From Polyangiaceae bacterium (GTDB lineage: Bacteria; Myxococcota_A; Polyangia; Polyangiales; Polyangiaceae): a stretch of DNA of 64,000 bases. Under the pieces are notes generated by a model. That model was not told the origin of the DNA and did no database searches. It saw nothing but the letters and a program-made list of their open reading frames with translations. Each line of letters starts with the position of its first letter. Within the stretch, counting starts at the first letter, position 1. The translations under genes and the position numbers were made by a program. Where the stretch lies: contig JAPSGB010000003.1 of assembly GCA_035063585.1 (NCBI GenBank), forward strand, positions 192,001 to 256,000. Reading direction: 5' to 3'. This document shows, piece by piece, positions 60,163 to 64,000 of the stretch.

Positions 60163-61506
60163 GTGGGCGATGAGGAGGCAGAGGTCATCGGCGTCGCCGA
60201 GCTCGACAGGCGGCTGAAGCACGCCGTCGAGGGCGTTACCGGGCGCGAGTGGATCGAGGGAGAGGTGGGCTCGCTCAAGCGCGCGGCGAGCGGGCACGTC
60301 TACTTCAGCCTCAAGGACGAGCGGGAGGACGCCATGATCGACTGCGTCATGTACCGCTACCAGGCGCAGCGCGCGCGGCAGGTGCTGGAGGATGGCGCGC
60401 GGGTACAGCTCTTCGGCCGCGCCACGCTCTGGGCGCCGCGCGGGCGGCTGCAGCTCGTGGCGGAGCAAGCGCGCCCTGCCGGTCGCGGGGCGCTCCTCGA
60501 AGCGCTCGAGCAGCTGAAGCTGAAGCTCGCGGCGGAGGGGCTCTTCGCGGTCGAGCGCAAGCGCCCGCTGCCCCCCGAGCCGCGCGTGGTCGGCGTGGTG
60601 ACGAGCAGCGCCGGCGCGGCCTTCCACGACATTCGCACGGTCGCCTTTCGGCGCGGCGGAGCCCGGCTCGTGCTCGCGCCGGCGCAGGTGCAGGGCGAGG
60701 CGGCGCCCGCGAGCATCGTGCGGGCGCTCGAGCTCATAGAGCGCTACCCGGGGCTCGACGTCATCATCGTCGGGCGGGGCGGCGGAGCGGCCGAGGACCT
60801 GATGGCGTTCAACGACGAGCGAGTGGTGCGGCGCGTGGCGGCGCTCCGGGTGCCTGTGGTGAGCGCGGTCGGTCACGAGATCGACACGACCCTCACCGAC
60901 CTCGCGGCGGACGTGCGGGCGGCGACGCCGTCGCAGGCGGCCGAGCTCGTGATCCCCGACGCACGCGCGCGGCGCGAGGCGCTGGCGCGGCTTGCGCGGC
61001 AGCTCGCGCGCGCAGTCGAGGCGCGCGTGACCGAAGATCGCGCGACCGTCGAGCGGCTCCGAAATCGCCTGAGCGATCCGCGGTTCCTCATCGCCGAGCG
61101 GCAGCAAGGGCTCGACCTGCTCGGCCAGGAGCTCGAGCGGCTCGCGCGGCGCGCCATCGCCCGGCGGAGGAGCGCGAGTGAGCTCCTGTATCGACGCCTC
61201 GCGACGCGCCACCCGCGCGCGGTGCTGGCCGAGGCGCGCGGCGAGCTCGGGCCGCTGTCGGCGCGCCTCGAGGCGGCCGTGCGGTTTCGGCTCGAGACGT
61301 TCCGGCGGACGCTCGGCGAGCGCGCCGCGCGGCTCGAGGGGATGAGCCCGCTCAGCGTGCTCGGGCGCGGCTACGCCATCGCGCGCCGCGAGGACGGCCG
61401 CGCGGTGCGGCGTGCGAGCGAGGTCCGCGTGGGTGAGGCGCTCGAGCTCATCGTGCACGATGGGCGGGTCGGCGCGCGCGTGACGCGGATCGATGGAGCG
61501 AGCTAG
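60163..61506 (+). CDS. xseA: Exodeoxyribonuclease VII large subunit
   Basis: SGHVYFSLKD, GRGGGAAEDL, SAVGHEID, TPSQAAE and LSVLGRGYAI motifs. Confidence 0.96.
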   Translation: MGDEEAEVIGVAELDRRLKHAVEGVTGREWIEGEVGSLKRAASGHVYFSLKDEREDAMIDCVMYRYQAQRARQVLEDGARVQLFGRATLWAPRGRLQLVAEQARPAGRGALLEALEQLKLKLAAEGLFAVERKRPLPPEPRVVGVVTSSAGAAFHDIRTVAFRRGGARLVLAPAQVQGEAAPASIVRALELIERYPGLDVIIVGRGGGAAEDLMAFNDERVVRRVAALRVPVVSAVGHEIDTTLTDLAADVRAATPSQAAELVIPDARARREALARLARQLARAVEARVTEDRATVERLRNRLSDPRFLIAERQQGLDLLGQELERLARRAIARRRSASELLYRRLATRHPRAVLAEARGELGPLSARLEAAVRFRLETFRRTLGERAARLEGMSPLSVLGRGYAIARREDGRAVRRASEVRVGEALELIVHDGRVGARVTRIDGAS

Positions 61507-62345
61507 TGGGCCCGCGGCGCTTCGTCCTCGTGGGTCACCCGGTGGCCCACTCGCTCTCGCCCGAGATCCACCGCGCGGCGTACCGCGTGCTCGGACTCGA
61601 GCACCGCTACGACCTGGTCGACGCGCCGGACGAGGCCGCGCTCGCTCGCGTGGTCGACGCGCTGCGCGCCGGCGAGCTCGACGGCGCGAACGTGACGGTG
61701 CCGTGGAAGCGCGCGGCCCTCGCGCTCTGCGACCGCGCCGACGCGCTCGCGCGCGACGCGGGTGCCGCCAACGTGCTCACTCGCGCGCCGGACGGCGCGG
61801 TGGTCGCATCCAACACCGACGCGCCCGCGCTAGCGGACGAGCTCGCGCGGCTCGGCGCGCGGCCGGGCGTGGCGAGCGTGATCGGGAGCGGCGGCGCGGC
61901 GCTCTCCGCGGTGATGGCGTGCCGCGCGCTCGGCGTGGCGCGCGTGGTGGCGCTCGCGCGCCGCTGGACCGCGGTGACGCGCGCCGGATTCGAGCGGCTC
62001 GGCGCGGAGCCGGCTCCCTTCGACCGCGTGCCCGCCGACAGCGCGATCGTGGTTCAGGCGACCAGCGCCGGCATGGTCGGCGCGGACGCCGGTGACGCGG
62101 TCGCGGCGCTGGTCGACTGGGAGCGGTTGCCCGCGGACGCGGTCGGCTATGACGTCGTCTATGACCCGCCGCTCACGCCGTTCGTCGCCGCCGCGCGGCG
62201 CGCCGGTCGCGTCGCCGAGAGCGGGCTCGGCATGCTCATAGGGCAGGCGGTGCGCGCCATGGGCATCTGGCTCGGCGCGACGCCGCCCGCCGCGCCGCTC
62301 CGTGAGGCCGCGCGGCGCGCGATCGCGGCTCGGAGGACGACATGA
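61506..62345 (+). CDS. aroE: Shikimate dehydrogenase
   Basis: GHPVAHSLSP, NVTVPWK, NTD, GSGGAA and GLGMLIGQA motifs. Confidence 0.92.
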   Translation: MGPRRFVLVGHPVAHSLSPEIHRAAYRVLGLEHRYDLVDAPDEAALARVVDALRAGELDGANVTVPWKRAALALCDRADALARDAGAANVLTRAPDGAVVASNTDAPALADELARLGARPGVASVIGSGGAALSAVMACRALGVARVVALARRWTAVTRAGFERLGAEPAPFDRVPADSAIVVQATSAGMVGADAGDAVAALVDWERLPADAVGYDVVYDPPLTPFVAAARRAGRVAESGLGMLIGQAVRAMGIWLGATPPAAPLREAARRAIAARRTT

Positions 62346-64000
62346 GCTGGACGCTCTGCGACGAGCCGTGGCCCTCGGTCGAGGTGGGGGGCGTCCTCGA
62401 GCGCGCTGGGCAGGAGTGGCTCCACACCAACGGCGCCGGCGCGTTCTCCATGAGCACGGTCGCGCTGATGCATACTCGCCGCCACCACGGGCTCCTGGTC
62501 GCCGCGCTCGCTCCTCCGCTCGATCGCCACGTGGTGCTCAGTCACGCGGAAGCCGAGGTGGTGGTCGGGGGGAAGGTCTGGCGGCTCGCGACCCATCAGT
62601 TCCCGAACGTCGCGCCCACGCCGGGGTATCGCCTGCTCGAGCGCTACGATCAGGATCCGCTGCCGCGCTGGACGTACCGGCTCGGGGCCGGCAGATTCGA
62701 GCGCGGCATCGCCCTCTGCCGCGGGTGGAACGCGCTCGTGATGTCTTTCCTCTGGCACGGCCCGGGCAAGGCGCGGCTCTCCGTGAAGCCGCTCATGCCG
62801 CTGCGCCCCGTGCATGACTTGATGAAGGAGCACGGCGCGATGGTGCAGCGCGCGTCGATGCGCCAGGGCGAGGTCGAGATCCGGCCGGTGCCCTCGCTTC
62901 CCGCGATCACCTTTCGGCACGATGGGGTGTTCGTCGGCTCGCCCGACTGGTGGCGCCGCTTCGAGTACCTCGGGGACCGTGAGCAGTTCACCAACTTCTC
63001 GGAGGACATGTGGACGCCCGGGAGCTTCGAATTCGAGCTCGTGCCGGGGCGGCCGACCGTGATGACGGTCGCCATCGGCGCGCATCCCCCGGGGTCACCG
63101 GCCGAGCAGCTCGGGCGCGCGAGGGAGTACTGGCTCAGCCGAGATCCGGGGCCGGATCAGGCTCGCACGGTGCGGTCGCTCTCGATCGCGGCCGAGGCGT
63201 TCGTCGCTGACGCGTGCGACCGCCCGAGCGTGATCGCGGGGTACCCGTACTATGATCTTCGCACGCGCGACGCCGTCATCGCGATCCCGGGCCTGCTCCT
63301 CGCGCGCGGCGAGCCCGAGCGCGCCGAGCTCGTCACGCGGACTCTGCTCTCCGAGCTCCGAGGCGGGCTGCTGCCCGAGCGCGTCGCCGAGCGCCCTGCC
63401 CGCCGTCAAGCGCCGTCGCCGGACGCGACCCTCTGGCTCTTCGAGCTCGCCCGTCACTTCGTGGATCGGCTCGGACCGAGCGATCCGTTCGTTCAGCGCG
63501 AGCTCTACCCCGCGCTCCGGCGCGTGTACGCGCGCGTGGCCGGTCGCCGCCACCGCTGGGTCTGGGTCGCGCCGGACGGGCTGGTTGCCAACGGGGCCGA
63601 GGGGCACGCGCTCACCTGGATGGCGGCCATGGTCGACGGCCGCCCGGTCTCGCCCCGCGACGGTCTCGCGGTCGAGTTCCAGGCGCTCTGGAGCAAGGGC
63701 TGCGAGACGCTCTCGGGGCTTGCCCGAGCGGCTGGGGACCGCGGCCTCGCGGACGCCGCCCTCGCGGCGTGCGCGCGCGCGCGCTTCGCATTTCGCGCGC
63801 GGTTCTGGTGCGCCGAGACGGATTACCCGTTCGACTGCGTCAGTGAGATCGGCGACAGCGAAGAGTCGTGGGTCGACGCGACCATCCGCCCGAACGCGCT
63901 CATTGCGCTCGCGCTCGACCCGGCGTTGTTCGAGAGGTGGCAGATCACCGCGCTCCTACGCCGCGTGCGCGACGAGCTGCTCACGCCGAGCGGCTTGCGG
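62342..64000 (+). CDS. Amylo-alpha-1,6-glucosidase / glycogen debranching enzyme (3' end runs off the window)
   Basis: Not in the ORF track. ATG 62342 (ATGA overlap) translates as EWLHTNGAGAFSMST...TRRHHGLLVAA, IAGYPY, DATLWLF, LTWM and IRPNALIA. Confidence 0.9.
   Translation, partial: MSWTLCDEPWPSVEVGGVLERAGQEWLHTNGAGAFSMSTVALMHTRRHHGLLVAALAPPLDRHVVLSHAEAEVVVGGKVWRLATHQFPNVAPTPGYRLLERYDQDPLPRWTYRLGAGRFERGIALCRGWNALVMSFLWHGPGKARLSVKPLMPLRPVHDLMKEHGAMVQRASMRQGEVEIRPVPSLPAITFRHDGVFVGSPDWWRRFEYLGDREQFTNFSEDMWTPGSFEFELVPGRPTVMTVAIGAHPPGSPAEQLGRAREYWLSRDPGPDQARTVRSLSIAAEAFVADACDRPSVIAGYPYYDLRTRDAVIAIPGLLLARGEPERAELVTRTLLSELRGGLLPERVAERPARRQAPSPDATLWLFELARHFVDRLGPSDPFVQRELYPALRRVYARVAGRRHRWVWVAPDGLVANGAEGHALTWMAAMVDGRPVSPRDGLAVEFQALWSKGCETLSGLARAAGDRGLADAALAACARARFAFRARFWCAETDYPFDCVSEIGDSEESWVDATIRPNALIALALDPALFERWQITALLRRVRDELLTPSGLR

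Overview
High-GC chromosomal segment, most likely from a myxobacterium (Myxococcota, Polyangiales-like), judged from a MYXO-CTERM protein, MopE-type Cys/Asp repeats, an AgmX/PglI-type protein and an FHA-DUF4388 protein. About 46 CDS can be supported. Housekeeping genes include metG, a pyrimidine-nucleoside phosphorylase, speA, gltX, ccmB, nadD, hisD, upp, a biotin carboxylase, a cysK-like gene, xseA, aroE and a glycogen debranching enzyme. Four accessory modules stand out. (i) A translationally coupled pair of giant Cys-rich surface proteins of opposite polarity (vWA head with MYXO-CTERM anchor; lipoprotein with FGE/C-lectin-like head), divergent from a WYL regulator, with a CPBP protease (candidate myxosortase) 6 kb away. 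(ii) A FabF plus FAAL-SDR-ACP-ACAD lipid cluster. (iii) A TPR-type sigma54 activator, a small lipoprotein with a duplicated KPTPDPW motif and a multi-TM histidine kinase, a candidate peptide signalling system. (iv) An S41 peptidase-lipoprotein operon divergent from a radical SAM gene. Several AT-rich palindromic operators and a long intergenic hairpin are visible. No rRNA, tRNA, CRISPR array, transposase or integrase was recognised. All calls come from reading motifs by eye; no database searches were run.
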